Counted from the first letter of the stretch, positions 19,882 to 31,519 are shown. The stretch: 64,000 nucleotides of DNA from an uncultured bacterium (GCA_963729625.1 CAVSOU010000015.1:38375-102374); one strand, 5' to 3'. Translations and numbers: made by a program. The notes: generated by a model not told the origin, from the letters alone.

Positions 19882-22800
19882 TCAGGCGACGGTCAGCGTG
19901 GCGCTGCTCGTCGCCGTGTGGCTGCTGCCATCCTTCGCCGTCAATGTGAGCATATACGTGCCCCGTGGGAAGGACTTCGTAATCGGGAAGCTTACACTCT
20001 GGCTGACGGTCTGCCCCGCCTTCAGGCTGAATGAGAGCGGAAGGTTGACGGTCAGGCTGCCATTGCTCCCTGTGTAGACCAGCTTGGCATTCACACTTAC
20101 GGTCTGGGTCGACGCAGTGTGGTTGCCGAGCGTGAAACTGGCAGTTACCGTCGAACCGGTGGTGACCGGGCCGCTAGAGCTGCTTGTCACCACCATCGCC
20201 AGATACAACGGCGGGTAAATGATGGTCAGCGTGCCGGTCACGTAGGTCGGGCTGTAATCGGCATCGTTCAGGGTACAGGAGGTCGGGTAGCTGCCGACCG
20301 GACTGTTGGATGTGGCAGTTGTGGTGCAGGCGGCCTTTGCCTGCTCGGACGTGGAGCTATCGCCATTCACGAGGCCCGTGAAACTGGCAGTGATGGCCGG
20401 AACCGTGCCGCCGTAGGTCATGCTGGGGCTGCTCGCGGTGATCGTGAGCGAGGCCGGCATAACGGTGAGTTTTCCCGTCCCGTAGCTGATACTGTAGTTG
20501 GGATCGGACGCCCCAGAACAGCTGGTCGTGTAGCTATTGACCGGACTGCTGGGGCTCACGCCGATGCAGGTCGGTGGGGTTGCCGGGGCGGCATTGCCGT
20601 TCACCAGGCCATTGTAGATGGGGCTGATGGCCGGCTCCGGGCCACCGTACGTCATGCTGGCGCTGCTGGCCGTGATGAGCAGCGATGCCGGGGTGACGGA
20701 GAGCGTGCCCGCTGCATAGCTGATGCTGTAGTTGGCGTCGGCCGCGCCCATGCAACTGGTCGCGTAGCTGCCGACCGTGTATTTGTTTGGCGTGGTGGTG
20801 ACGGCACAGGTTGGCATGGTGGTCAGGGTAGAGGGGCCGTCGCCGTTGACGAAGCCGCTATAGCTGGGTGTGATAACCGGCACCGTGCCGCCATAGGCCA
20901 TTGTGGGGCTGCCGGCCGTGATGGTCAGGCCTGCCGGGGTGATAGTTAGGGTCGCCGTGCCAGGCGCGCTGCTGCCGAGGTAATTCGGATCCGGAGAGCT
21001 CATACCGAAAGCAGCGGTCACGCCGTACGTACCGGCGGGAAGGGACAGACCGGCAAGCGCCGCGTTGCCGCCGGCGTCCGTGATCGCGACCTTCTGGCTC
21101 ACACTCGCACCGGTGATGGAGGTGATAGTGAAATACACCGACTTCTGGGCCAGACCGGTTCCGTTCGCCTGAAGCGTCGCCACGATCCCGGTGGACTGGC
21201 TGGAGCCGTATGTGGTGCTCGCCGAGGCCGGGGCCAGGGTAAGCATCGTCGACGCAGGGTCGATTTTGAACGTGCCGACGCTCGACGAGACGGCGTCGTA
21301 TGCAGTGCTGCCTACGGTCGCCCCCTCGTATGAAGCCCAGAGATCGTAAGTGCCGGGTGACTGGCCGAGCGGCATTGTAACCGAGGTCTGGCCGACCGGC
21401 AGCGTGACGGTGGCATGGCCGCTGTCGTTGGTCTCGGCGATTGCTTCCTCACTGCCAATATGTACGCCCACAGCCTGGTCCGGAATGCCCACGCCGCCCG
21501 AGTGCAGGCTCACCGTGAACTGGGCAGACGATTGATAGGCCCCGCTCGCCGGCGGCGACTGCAGCGTGAGTGTCGGGGTGACCTGGTTGGGCGCGCTGTC
21601 GGGAGCGACGGTAAAGTAGGCGCCGTTGTTGGTGTCAAGGCTGACCAGGCCAGTCGCGTTTGCCGCCTGAACCATATACACCGTACTGTAGGACAGGCCG
21701 GGGGCTGTGCCGGTCCAGAGTGATGGGTCGCCAGGACTGGGCGTCAAATCGAGCGACGTCCACTCGGTCGCGGCGGCGCCGCTGCTGCCGGGATCGTTGT
21801 ACGTGACCCACACATCCTGCAGATCCTCCTGCGTGCTGCCCGGCAACAGGTTGTTCTGCACCCGTACCTGGAATGTCACGGTCTTGTTCGTTGCATCTTC
21901 GGTGCTCGCCGCCCCGATGATGTTCGGCGCCGAGTCGAGCGCGGCGCCCGTACCAATTTGACTGACCAGCTCACTATTGCCGAGGTAGTACAGACGGAAC
22001 TTCAGGTCGGTGAACTGCCGCATCGTCCCCGACGTAGCGCCGGGTGAGGAAGACTTGTATTGCGCGGGCGCCACCGCCAGGCTCGTGAGCCCGCGGTTGA
22101 GCCCATCCACCGTATCGAAATAGTTGGCGCTCCAGACTTGCGTCGGGTAGAACACGTCGGAGAAGAAGGCCGGGTGGCCGACCGAGGTCTCGGTGCTCGG
22201 CGCCCCGGTGAGCGGCGTCACACCGGGGAGGTCCGTGTAGCTTCCGCCCCGGAACCCGATGCCCCGCAGCACCTGGTCGGACACCGTGGCATTGTAGAGC
22301 TGAAGCGGGAAGACCGGGTCGAGTGGATGGGTCACAACGCCACTGGCACCACTGAGCCAGCTCGCCGTCTCCGGGTTGCCGCCGCTCGCATCGGTGAGCG
22401 TCACGGTATTCGTCGTCGTCGTGGGAGTAACCTCGATTTCGGGCGAACCGGCTGCCGTCTGTCCGACGGCAAGCCCGAGGGCCGCACCCGGCCCCGCCGT
22501 GACGGTCGGCGCCGAACTGACTATCGAGTCGGACGTGGGCGGCGTACGCTGGCCCGGCATCTTCACCTGCAGCATGGGCAGCCCGTACAGGGTCGTCTCC
22601 AGCAGCGTCTTCTCGTCGATGCCGCCAAGGTCGACGTGCGTGTTCAGGTACTCTTGCTTGGCCGCCACGTTTGCCACCCCGATCGGCACCCCGCCCGTGC
22701 CCGTGCGCAACTGCTGGGCGACGTCGACGAAAAGGCGCTCACCGTACTCGGTCAACACGGTGTCGCCGTACGCGTAACCCGTTGCCGCCAGCAGTGTCGC

Positions 22801-25671
22801 GCCCTTCTGTGCCATCGCCTCCGGCCAATCGGGCGAGGGCGAGACGCCGGGGATGGCATCCTGGCCGGGGATGTTCAAGCCGCCGTGGCAGCCGAGCGCC
22901 AGCACCAATGTGTCGGTAAGGTCGGCCGTGGATGCGGCGACCTCGGCCGCGCTGAGCTGTGTCAGATAGTCGGATGCAAGCAGGTTCCCGGCGCTGAAGT
23001 GGCCGGCCAGGAACACGATGTCGTGCTGCTTGAGCCGAGGAGCTGCTGGCGAAGGTCGTCGGCCGTCCATATTGAGGGGTCGCTGGATGCCGCGCCCTGA
23101 GGCGCGATGAGCTCATCAGGGACGATGCACGTGCCGGCGGCGTCCAACCCGGTTGAGTGGTGCCGGCGGAGAGCTCAGCCGCCACGCTCGTGGCGGCATC
23201 GGCCACGAAATCGTATCCGGTTACCAGGGACGAGCTCGGGGTGATCACGCCGTTGGCGGCCGTGTAGGCGTCGAGCATATTGCTCGCCTCGGCGGCCGTG
23301 TCCACCAGGCGGCCGACTGCGATATCCGGGATCGGCATCGAGTGATCGCCGCGCGGAACGCTGGTGGACGAGCCATACTCGTCCTGTCCCAGGATGTAGT
23401 TGTCGCGCAGGCTGGCCTGGGTTGGGCTGCTGTCGCTCACCGGCGGGATGTAGCCGCTCTCCGGCGCCAGGCCCGATTCATCCGGGTAGCGGAAGAACGG
23501 GATGGAGTGGTCGTCACCGATCAGCACGATATACTTGACGGCGGTCGTGCCATCAGCATTGAGGTACGCCTTGCGGTAGCCCTGGATGACCGCTTTGATT
23601 TCCGCGGCTACCAGGTTCTTGGCTGCCGGGCACGCCGCGTTGTTGCTGTTGTCAGCCTGGATGTTCGCGTTCACCACTCGCTGGAACTGGCTCAGGTCGA
23701 TGACCTGGCCGTTCACGTCGGCGCGCTGCGCGAACGCTGCCATCTTGGACTGCAGGTGCGGACACGTCGGCGGCGGTAGTCGCCGGCAGCGCGTCGAGTC
23801 CCACCGTCGTGGAGTCCCACAGGATCAGGGTCTGCGGTGGACGTCCACGACCGTTGTCGTCGGCAGGGCCGCGTTGGTGCCGGACACGGGCGCGATGCCG
23901 CCGCACACACCGCCATCTTCGGTCACCGTGAGCGTGAACGCCCCGAGCGGGCCGGCAACGCGGACGTACAGGTTCCCGGTCAAGTCCCAGGTATTGCGGT
24001 CGATGCTGAGCGATGTCGCGGTGGGGCTGGTCGCGATCGCCATCAGGCTCTGGCGCGGCACGCTCGAATAGGCGCCAGGCAGATAGCCGGAGGGAAGATA
24101 GCCGGACGGCAGGTATCCCGATGGCAGATAGCCGGACGGCAGATAGCCCGACGGTAGATAGCCCGACGGCAGATAGCCCGAAGGAAGGTATCCCGACGGC
24201 AGATAGCCCGAAGGTAAGTACCCCGACGGCAGATAGCCTGATGGGAGGTAACCGGACGGCAGATAGCCGGATGGTAAGTAGCCGGATGGCAGGTAGCCGG
24301 ATGGCAGGTACCCGGACGGCAGGTACCCGGACGGCAGATAGCCCGAGGGCGCGTCCTGAATGGCCAGGTCGGCGGCGACCTTTGAAGCGGTCTGGGAATT
24401 GGTGAGGCTGTTATAGAGTTGCTGGATATCGGTATGCAGGCTCACGACGCTTCCGGCAGGCCCATTGAAGCTGATATGCACCTGCGCACCCGGCTGAACC
24501 GGGAAGTCGTACCAGCGCTCCTCGCCCTGCGCGTACATGCTATGTGGGACGGATGGGTTCTGGGGAACAATCACGCTCTGCGATCCGGGGGCTGACCACA
24601 AAGGCGTCGCGGTATCCCAGCTGTCGTTCCCCTGGACCGTAGCGATGCACGATGACTGCGCCGACACCGGACCGGACGGGCCGCTCGCCGTGGCCGCGAT
24701 CTCTGTGTTCGCGGTGGGGACCGTACCCTGCACGGTGGGCGAGAAGGGAGCCGTGCCCGAGACATCCGTCGTCACGGTAACGGGGTTGGCACCGATCATC
24801 GTCGGAGAAGCACCGCAGGTGTAGAACGCGAGCGCGTACTGCGTGTTCGGGGCGGCGCCGCTGAGCTGGCCGAAGATCGTGGTGCCGAAGGTCCCGGCGC
24901 CGGCGCCGGGATGGGTCTCGGCGAGCGTCAGGGTGGGAGCGGGCGGCGGAGTCGCGGTGGCGGTGGCCGTCGCGGTGGCGGTGGCTGTCGCGGTAGTGGT
25001 GGCTGTCGCGGTAGTGGTGGCTGTCGCGGTAGTGGTGGCCGTCGCGGTGTTGGTTGGCGTGGCAGTGGATGCGTTACAGGACACTGTGCCTGGAATGCTC
25101 ATTATGATGCCGGAGCACTGCGCGCCTGCGACAAATACCGTAAACGCGTCGCCGATGTGGAGCTGCCAATTATATGCAGGTCCATAGGCGTTTCCGAAGG
25201 TGAATGTGACCTGAGTGGACGAGAAGCTGCTGAACGCGATGCCAATGCAATTAGCAACCTGGCCACCGGTCGGATCCGCTTGACCCGCATTCCAGTTCGC
25301 GGTCGTGTCATCGAATCCATACTGCTGGTACGCGTAGTTGGAACCTGAATGACTACCACATTCATACGGCGAGATTTGGCTGTGTGCCATAACGGGGCAG
25401 GTTGCACGCCGAAATTGCTCCCTGTGACCGTGACCGTTGGGGCGGCTGCACTGCCTTCGAAAATGACGCTCGCGATCACCGGGCCGGCGGCATGGGCCAC
25501 CGGCACCGAGTCAGCAGGGCCGATCGCGGCCACCTGCGACAGGAGCAGGCAAGACAGGGCGAACAGTGGAACCAGCCCGCGACGCGAGATCCAAAGGCCG
25601 GAGCGGTGGAAGTGGCGGCCCATGAAGGCGCGATTCGCAGTCCCTGGCACCACTTGCAATTGTTTCATCAT
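19882..25671 (-). CDS. Large secreted multidomain protein (~1900 aa): Ig/TIG-like - TA linker - PPC-like domain with (PSGYL)18 - peptidase C25-like - Big/MBG Ig repeats; several frameshifts
   Basis: Joined from ORFs 25102-25704, 23825-25390, 23652-23906, 22739-23743, 22962-23147 and 19882-23070; signal peptide ..VPVAHA; KYIVLIGDDHSIPF, PDIAVGRLVD, FLAGHF, LGCHGG, TTLYGLP; three LTITASS.SMTYGG MBG-type repeats. Confidence 0.85.
24080..24349 (-). repeat. 18 x 15-bp coding tandem repeat encoding (PSGYL)18
   Basis: 270 bp = 18 units; protein units identical while DNA units differ at synonymous sites. Confidence 0.97.
24950..25066 (-). repeat. Thr/Ala low-complexity linker (TATATTTATA...) with 18-bp tandem units
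   Basis: GGTAGTGGTGGCTGTCGC-type units repeated; encodes TATPTNTATATTTATATTT...TPPP. Confidence 0.85.
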
Positions 25672-26014
25672 CGACCTTCGACCCCCGTCTTGACTACATC
25701 GCACTGGCCTTGTCGCGTATTGAATTGTTTTGGGATTGTTCGTCTGCCCTCAACGAACACTGACTGATGCCGCAGCCTGGCCCCACGCCCCTGCATTCCA
25801 AATTGTGCCTGAGCGCGCTTTAGCGTTTCCGGAGTCAGCTCCGCCACCTTACATGGCGCCCACGCATAGCAACACCAGTGCCTGGCAGTGCCTCGCCGAT
25901 GGCGAATCGACCGCCCGAGGAGCGTGCGCCGAGTGACTCGTCCTCAGGGATCTGGCGCGCTGTCTTTCGAAAATCTCACAGAAAGAGCGGGTGAGCGCCG
26001 GTTTGGGCTCTACA

Positions 26015-26054
26015 GCAGTTAAATATATAATACTGATTAATCCTGTGTTAATCC
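26015..26054. promoter_or_regulatory. AT-rich divergent promoter core with TATAAT and a TTAATCC direct repeat at 11-bp spacing
   Basis: TTAAATATATAATACTG followed by TTAATCC at 26037-26043 and 26048-26054, within otherwise GC-rich DNA. Confidence 0.5.
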
Positions 26055-26269
26055 AACGGGCTTCGAGCAGAAACGATCGCTCGAGTGGACGTTGGTCGTG
26101 ACCTGTCCGCGTAGCTTCAAGCCGGCGCGCTGATCCGGCTCGTCTTCAGCTAGAGCACCTGCTCGAGGGTGGCGCCGCATGCGCAAATCTGCAGGCGGCC
26201 TCGAACGTCGCAGAGCATGACGCCTGCGAGGCGCATTCACTACGAACACGTCACAGGTGGTGCATATCG

Positions 26270-29200
26270 ATGAACCCGTTGTATGGCGTGCTGAAGATCA
26301 GACCCGGCGAGGCGCGGCTGGTCCTTTCTCTGGCCGTCCTCTACTTTTCGCTCGGCATCGCCTTCGTCCTCACGCAGGCGGCGGCGTTCGCATTGTTCTT
26401 GACCAAGTACAGCGCGTCGACGTTGCCGCTCGCCTACATGGCCATCGCGGTCGTGCTGTCCCCGGTCACATTTGCGTATTTAAAGCTGGCAGATCGCCTC
26501 GCGCTTCCCCGGCTGCTGACTTTGAACCTTGGCGTTCTCCTGATCGTCAGCCTCGTGCTACGCCTCGGCCTGGCGGTCCACAACGCCGGCTGGGTGGTCT
26601 TCGTGCTGCCGATCTGGTTCCAGGGAATCGTCAATCTCGGCAATCTCGCCTTCTGGACGCTCACCGGCCGGGTCTTCGACGTGCGGGAAGGCAAGCGTCT
26701 GTTCGGCCTGGTTGGCGCGGGCAACTGGCTGGCCGCGATCGCCGGTGGCTTTCTCACGGGGCCGCTTGTCGTGCTCTTCGGCACGGCGAACCTTCTGGCT
26801 GTTGCGGCGGTTGCTCTCGCCGTCGCTCTCGTGCTCCAGGGAGCACTGCTTCGTTCCTGTGCCGACCGACTCGTTGTCTCGCGCGGAGGCGATCGCCCAC
26901 GCGATCAAGGGGCGAGCCGGCGCGTGCCGCGCAATCGCTATGTGCTCCTGATCTTCGCTCTTGTCTTGTTCTGGTGGCTCGGGTTCTACGTCATCGACAA
27001 CATCTTCTACATCAGGGCCTCCGCGCAGTTCCCCACCGCTGGAAGGCTGGCGAGTGCAGTGGGAATCCTTTACGGCTGCCAGGGAGTCCTGGCGCTGGTG
27101 ACCACGACACTTGGGACGAGCCGGCTGCTGGGCCGGTATGGCCTGCGCGGGGGCCTGCTTGTGATGCCCAGCGTCTGCGCTGCAAGCATCGGCGCCCTCG
27201 CCTTCGGTGGCACGTTAGGCGCCGCGACATCGGTCCTCTTTCTCATGTCGGCACTCGCTAAACTGGTCAGCGTGGCGCTGGGATTCTCCCTGGAACAGGC
27301 ATCGTTCGTTATTCTCTACCAGCCACTACCGCCTGAGCAACGGCTGCGCCTGCAGACCACGGCAGAAGGCATCGTGCAACCGATCGCCGTGGGCATCGCC
27401 GGGGCGATGCTTCTGGTATTGCACCGGCTTCTGTCGTTCAGCTCTGTTCAGCTTTCGTATCTCTTTCTCCTGATCGTGAGCGTCTGGATCGCTGTGGTGC
27501 TGGCGATCGTGCGCGAATATCCCAAAGCGCTCGGGCGCGCGCTTGCCTCACGGCGCCTCGGCGGCGCCTCGCTGGCGCCGATCGATAGCACACGCCGACG
27601 TGTGCTGGAGGCGGCCCTCCATGACCGCCATCCGGGCGTGGCGTTGTATGCCCTGTCGCTTCTGGCCGACGACGATCCATCGGCCTTGATGGCGGCCGCA
27701 CCCGTCGTCCTGGCCCATCCCATGCCTGAAGTGCGGCGGGAGGTCCTGGAGCGAATCGAGCACGCCGGCGCGTCCGCCGATTGTGACGCCGTGCGCCATT
27801 GCGCGGAAAACGATCCATCGCCGATCGTGCGGGCTGCTGCGCTTCGCGCACTGGCGGCGCTGTATTGCGCGGCCGTGTTTCAGGAAATCGCCCGATCGAT
27901 GGACGATGCAGATGCAGAGGTCAGGCGAGGGGCCATGGCCGGGCTGCTGCTCTACGGCGGCACCGAAGGGGCTATTGCAGCCGGCCAGAAGCTGCATGGC
28001 TTGGTATCATCCGCGAGTCCTCTGGATCGGGCCTTGGCAGCCGAAGTCCTTGGGGACGTGGGCGTGCGCAGTTCCCACCAGCCGCTACTGATGCTTATGG
28101 ACGATGCCGATGCCGATGTGCGCTGGAAGGCGCTCGCCGCCGCGGGCAAGGTGCGACATGCCGCACTATGGCCCCGTGTCGTGGCGCGGATCTCGGATCC
28201 GAGTCCCAGGGTGCGCGACGCGGCGAGTCTGGCCCTGGTCTCGGGAGGCACGGAGGTTGTGCCAGCGATCGCACCGGCGCTGCAGCGGCTTGGCGCCGAG
28301 CATCGTGCGGAGCGTTTGCGCCTCGTGCGCATCTGTGGGCGCGTGGGCGGCATGGCCGCGATCGATCTGCTGTGCAAAGAAGCGGACTCTTCCGACGCGG
28401 GCACTCGACTGCAGATACTGGAGGCGCTGAGCGCGTGCGGCTATCACGCTTCCGCTAGGGATGCGGCGAGCGTCTGGCAGCGTGTTCGGCGAGAAGTGGC
28501 TGAGGCTGCCGCGAGCCTGGCCGCTCTCGGCGACATCGGCAGCGACTACGATACGGCGCTCCTTTCCGGCGCCATTGCCCTCCAGGTAGAGGGCGCACGC
28601 GACCGTGCGGTGATCCTCCTGTCATTCGTCCTGCCTGCGCAGCCTATCCTGTCGGCGCGTGCCGCACTGAAGCTCGGCGCGGGAACGCTTCGCTCCTACG
28701 CCGTGGAAGTGATCGACAGCTTGCTTCCTTCGGAATGGAAGCGGCGCGTACTTCCGTTGCTGGAGGGTGTGCCGCCCGAAGTTCAGCTGCGGCGTCTGGC
28801 GGCGGAATTCCCCCAAGAACGAATGAGCCGCGAGAAGCGTGTGATCGAGATCATAGCCGGCCTGGGAACAGGTCGGGACGCCTGGACCAGGGCTTGCGCA
28901 CTGCATGTAGCAGGCTGTAGCGGCCAGCTCTCCGCGGCGCCTGCCATCACCGCGTCGTGCGGCGCACCTGACCCAGTCGTGCGAGAGACTGCCCGCTTCG
29001 CGCTCGCACAGCTGCAGGCCGAGGCCGCCGATCGCGGCGCACGTACGTCTGTCGGCACGCATGGCGCAGCAGTGGAGGCTGCGCGACCAGGGAAGGAAGG
29101 AGCTGAGGCAGTGTTTTCCACGGTCGAGCGCGTGATCATTCTCAAATCAATAGGCATGTTTGCGCAAAGTCCGGACGACGTGCTCGTTGATGTCGCAGGC

Positions 29201-29789
29201 ATCGTCGGCGAGGTCCATCTGGCTGCCGGCTCGTCGATATTTGAAAAGGGCGACCAGGGCAGCAGCATGTACATCATCGTCAGCGGAAGGGTAAGGGTGC
29301 ACGACGGGAACCACACGTTGAGCGAGCTGGCCGAGCGCGACGTGTTCGGTGAAATGGCGCTGCTGGATCCCGAGCCGCGGGTTGCGTCGGTCACGGCGGT
29401 CGAGGACACTGTCGCTCTTCGGTCTGGATCAAGACGCGTTCTACGCTCTGATGGCCGACCGGAGCGAGGTGGCGCGCGGTGTGATTGCCGTTCTCACCGC
29501 TCGTTTGCGCGAGCGCGTGCGAGACGCCGCCAGTCTGGGCGCTCGGGTACGTGAGCTCGAGCAGCTCGTGCGAGCTCAGGGCGAAGCACAACTGATACCG
29601 CGGCAGCACCGTGCGCGTGGCACGTTCGTGGACGGAAGGGCGCTTGATCGGGATCCCGCTGCCCGAGATGTGTCGGCGCGAGGACGAGCGCGTGTACTGG
29701 GTCCGCACCAACGATCCCGCGGCACGGCACCGCCCTTGCGCCGCAGCAGAACTCGAGACCGGCTGAAACAGATGGGCGGTGCTCAATGA
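26270..29789 (+). CDS. NTT (Npt1/TLC-like) transporter - HEAT repeats - cNMP-binding domain fusion (frameshift near 29423; exact stop uncertain)
   Basis: IRPGEARLV, FWTLTGRVFDVREGKRLFGLVG, ILYQPLP (NTT motifs); many D.D.EVR..A HEAT units; STVERVIILK..IFEKGDQG..FGEMALLDPEPRVASV. Confidence 0.9.
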
Positions 29790-29829
29790 TGATTGTCGAC
29801 AGGTGGGCGCCCCCGACTCGGCGCCAGCA

Positions 29830-30378
29830 CTACGCGTCTCGCAGCTCGAGGGCCACATACGCGCCAGACACGATATCATCCACGCCGATGCCGGTTTGAC
29901 GATACAGGTCCTGCAGTGAGCCGGACTGGCCGAACTGGTCGACCCCAAGCGAGACCGTGGGCGCCCCATAGATGCCACCGACGAAGGCGAGGCTATGTGC
30001 GGAGGCGTCCTGCACCGTGACTATCGGCGCCGCACGCTCGGAAGGAGGCAGCAGCGTCTCGACGTGGCCAAGCTCCGATGATTCCCTTGCGTCATGCCGC
30101 TGGCTGGTCCGGCGAGCCCGAAGCGTGGCGAACAGGCGATCCGGGCTCGTCACGTTGATCACGTTGGCCGCGATCCCTTCCGCCGCGAGACGGCGAGCCG
30201 CCTCAACGGCTTCGGGCACCATGATGAGCGTCGACAGCCACAGCACGCGGCGCTGGATCGCGTCGAGAATACGATACTCGTCCGGCCGCAGTACGGGCGG
30301 CGCCAGGCCACCGGCACTCAGCGGAAGGGGCGGCGGTACAGATGCGGCACTTGCAGTCGTGTCTACATTCCCGTACAT
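29830..30378 (-). pseudogene. AceE/MdeB-like TPP-dependent dehydrogenase E1 with a large in-frame internal deletion
   Basis: N-terminal LDAIQRRVLWLSTLI joined directly to C-terminal MVPEAVEAA..NVTSPDRL..SLGVDQFGQSG..LY; no TPP-binding GDGE motif. Confidence 0.8.
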
Positions 30379-30828
30379 GCTGGTGGATGCGCCGGCTCCT
30401 GCCTCTGCCGGCGAGGGTAGGTGCTTGCTGTGCACGGCTGTGCTCCTTGGCTTTGTTTCTTCACCAGAGCAGCGGCTGCCGATGGCTAAACTGCTTGGCT
30501 CATGTACTGTAGCACGCGCTCTACCGCACGCCTCGGCTTTGTGCACGCGTGCGTACTGCTATCGCCTGAGCCCGCATCCAGATCACCAGGTTCTGCGCCG
30601 CGAGCGTGACACCCAGGAAGAGCGGTAGTGTGCGAACACGGCCAGCACGTGTGATGCTATCACCACGCCGATTGCGGTACTGAAGGACGGAGCAGGCTGA
30701 AGCGCTCAGCGGCGGCCGATGCGCGGCTTGACGAAATCGCGGCGCGGTTGGTTATATGTTGTCATCGAGCAGGCGCGTTGGATCGGTCGAGCCTGACTGC
30801 ATATCAATATGGGGATGACGAGGGCAAG

Positions 30829-31482
30829 ATGCACGTAATCAGTGTGAACGTCGGGAAAGAGCGGTCGATCCGGCACGGCAAGCCCTCAGGGAAGACAGGT
30901 ATCTATAAGCTACCCCGAGCGGAACCGGTGCGGGTCACGCCACTTGGGCTGGACGGCGACGCGATCGTCGATACGGAAAACCATGGCGGTCTGGATCAGG
31001 CGGTGTACCTGTACACCGCGCCGGATTACGCGTGGTGGTCGGCACAAGTTGGGCGGCCGCTCGGGCCAGGGACATTTGGGGAGAACGTAACGCTGTCCGA
31101 CCTGGAAAGCGCAACGCTGCATATCGGCGACCGGCTGCGGGTGGGGGAGATCGTGCTGGAAATCACCGCGCCGCGAATCCCTTGCGTCACTCTTGCGGCG
31201 CGCATGGAAGACCCGCAGTTCGTGAAGAAGTTCCGCTACGCCGAGAAGCCGGGCGCGTACTGCCGCGTAATCGAGGCCGGCTATGTCAAGGTGAACGACA
31301 CGGTTGAATTGATACCCTTTCAGGGTGCGGCGCTACGCGTGCTGGACATGTTCCGGTGGTCTTACGAAAAGGAACTGACCCGGGATGAGCTCCTTCGGCT
31401 ACTGGCCGTGCCCATCCCAGGCAAGAAGCGCCCGCGCTACGAAGCGATGCTGGCCTCGGCGCCGGCCGTCCCGGCGGAGTAG
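30829..31482 (+). CDS. MOSC domain protein (YiiM-like)
   Basis: SVNVG..KTGIYK, HGGLDQAVY, GTFGENVT, PRIPC, GAYCRVIEAG. Confidence 0.92.
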   Translation: MHVISVNVGKERSIRHGKPSGKTGIYKLPRAEPVRVTPLGLDGDAIVDTENHGGLDQAVYLYTAPDYAWWSAQVGRPLGPGTFGENVTLSDLESATLHIGDRLRVGEIVLEITAPRIPCVTLAARMEDPQFVKKFRYAEKPGAYCRVIEAGYVKVNDTVELIPFQGAALRVLDMFRWSYEKELTRDELLRLLAVPIPGKKRPRYEAMLASAPAVPAE

Positions 31483-31519
31483 AGGCGAAGAAGACGTCCC
31501 CAATGAAGGAGAATATTCC

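Noticed and set aside
24080-24349. 15-bp tandem array as a CRISPR array or VNTR
   Set aside because: No spacers and no cas genes; it is in-frame coding sequence with synonymous variation
29600-29770. Alternative-frame peptide LIGIPLPEMCRREDERVYWVRTND after the NTT gene
   Set aside because: Looks protein-like but I cannot assign it and it has no clear start
30560-30700. Hydrophobic minus-strand fragment (LPLFLGVTLAAQNLVIW)
   Set aside because: Too short and frame-broken to support a call
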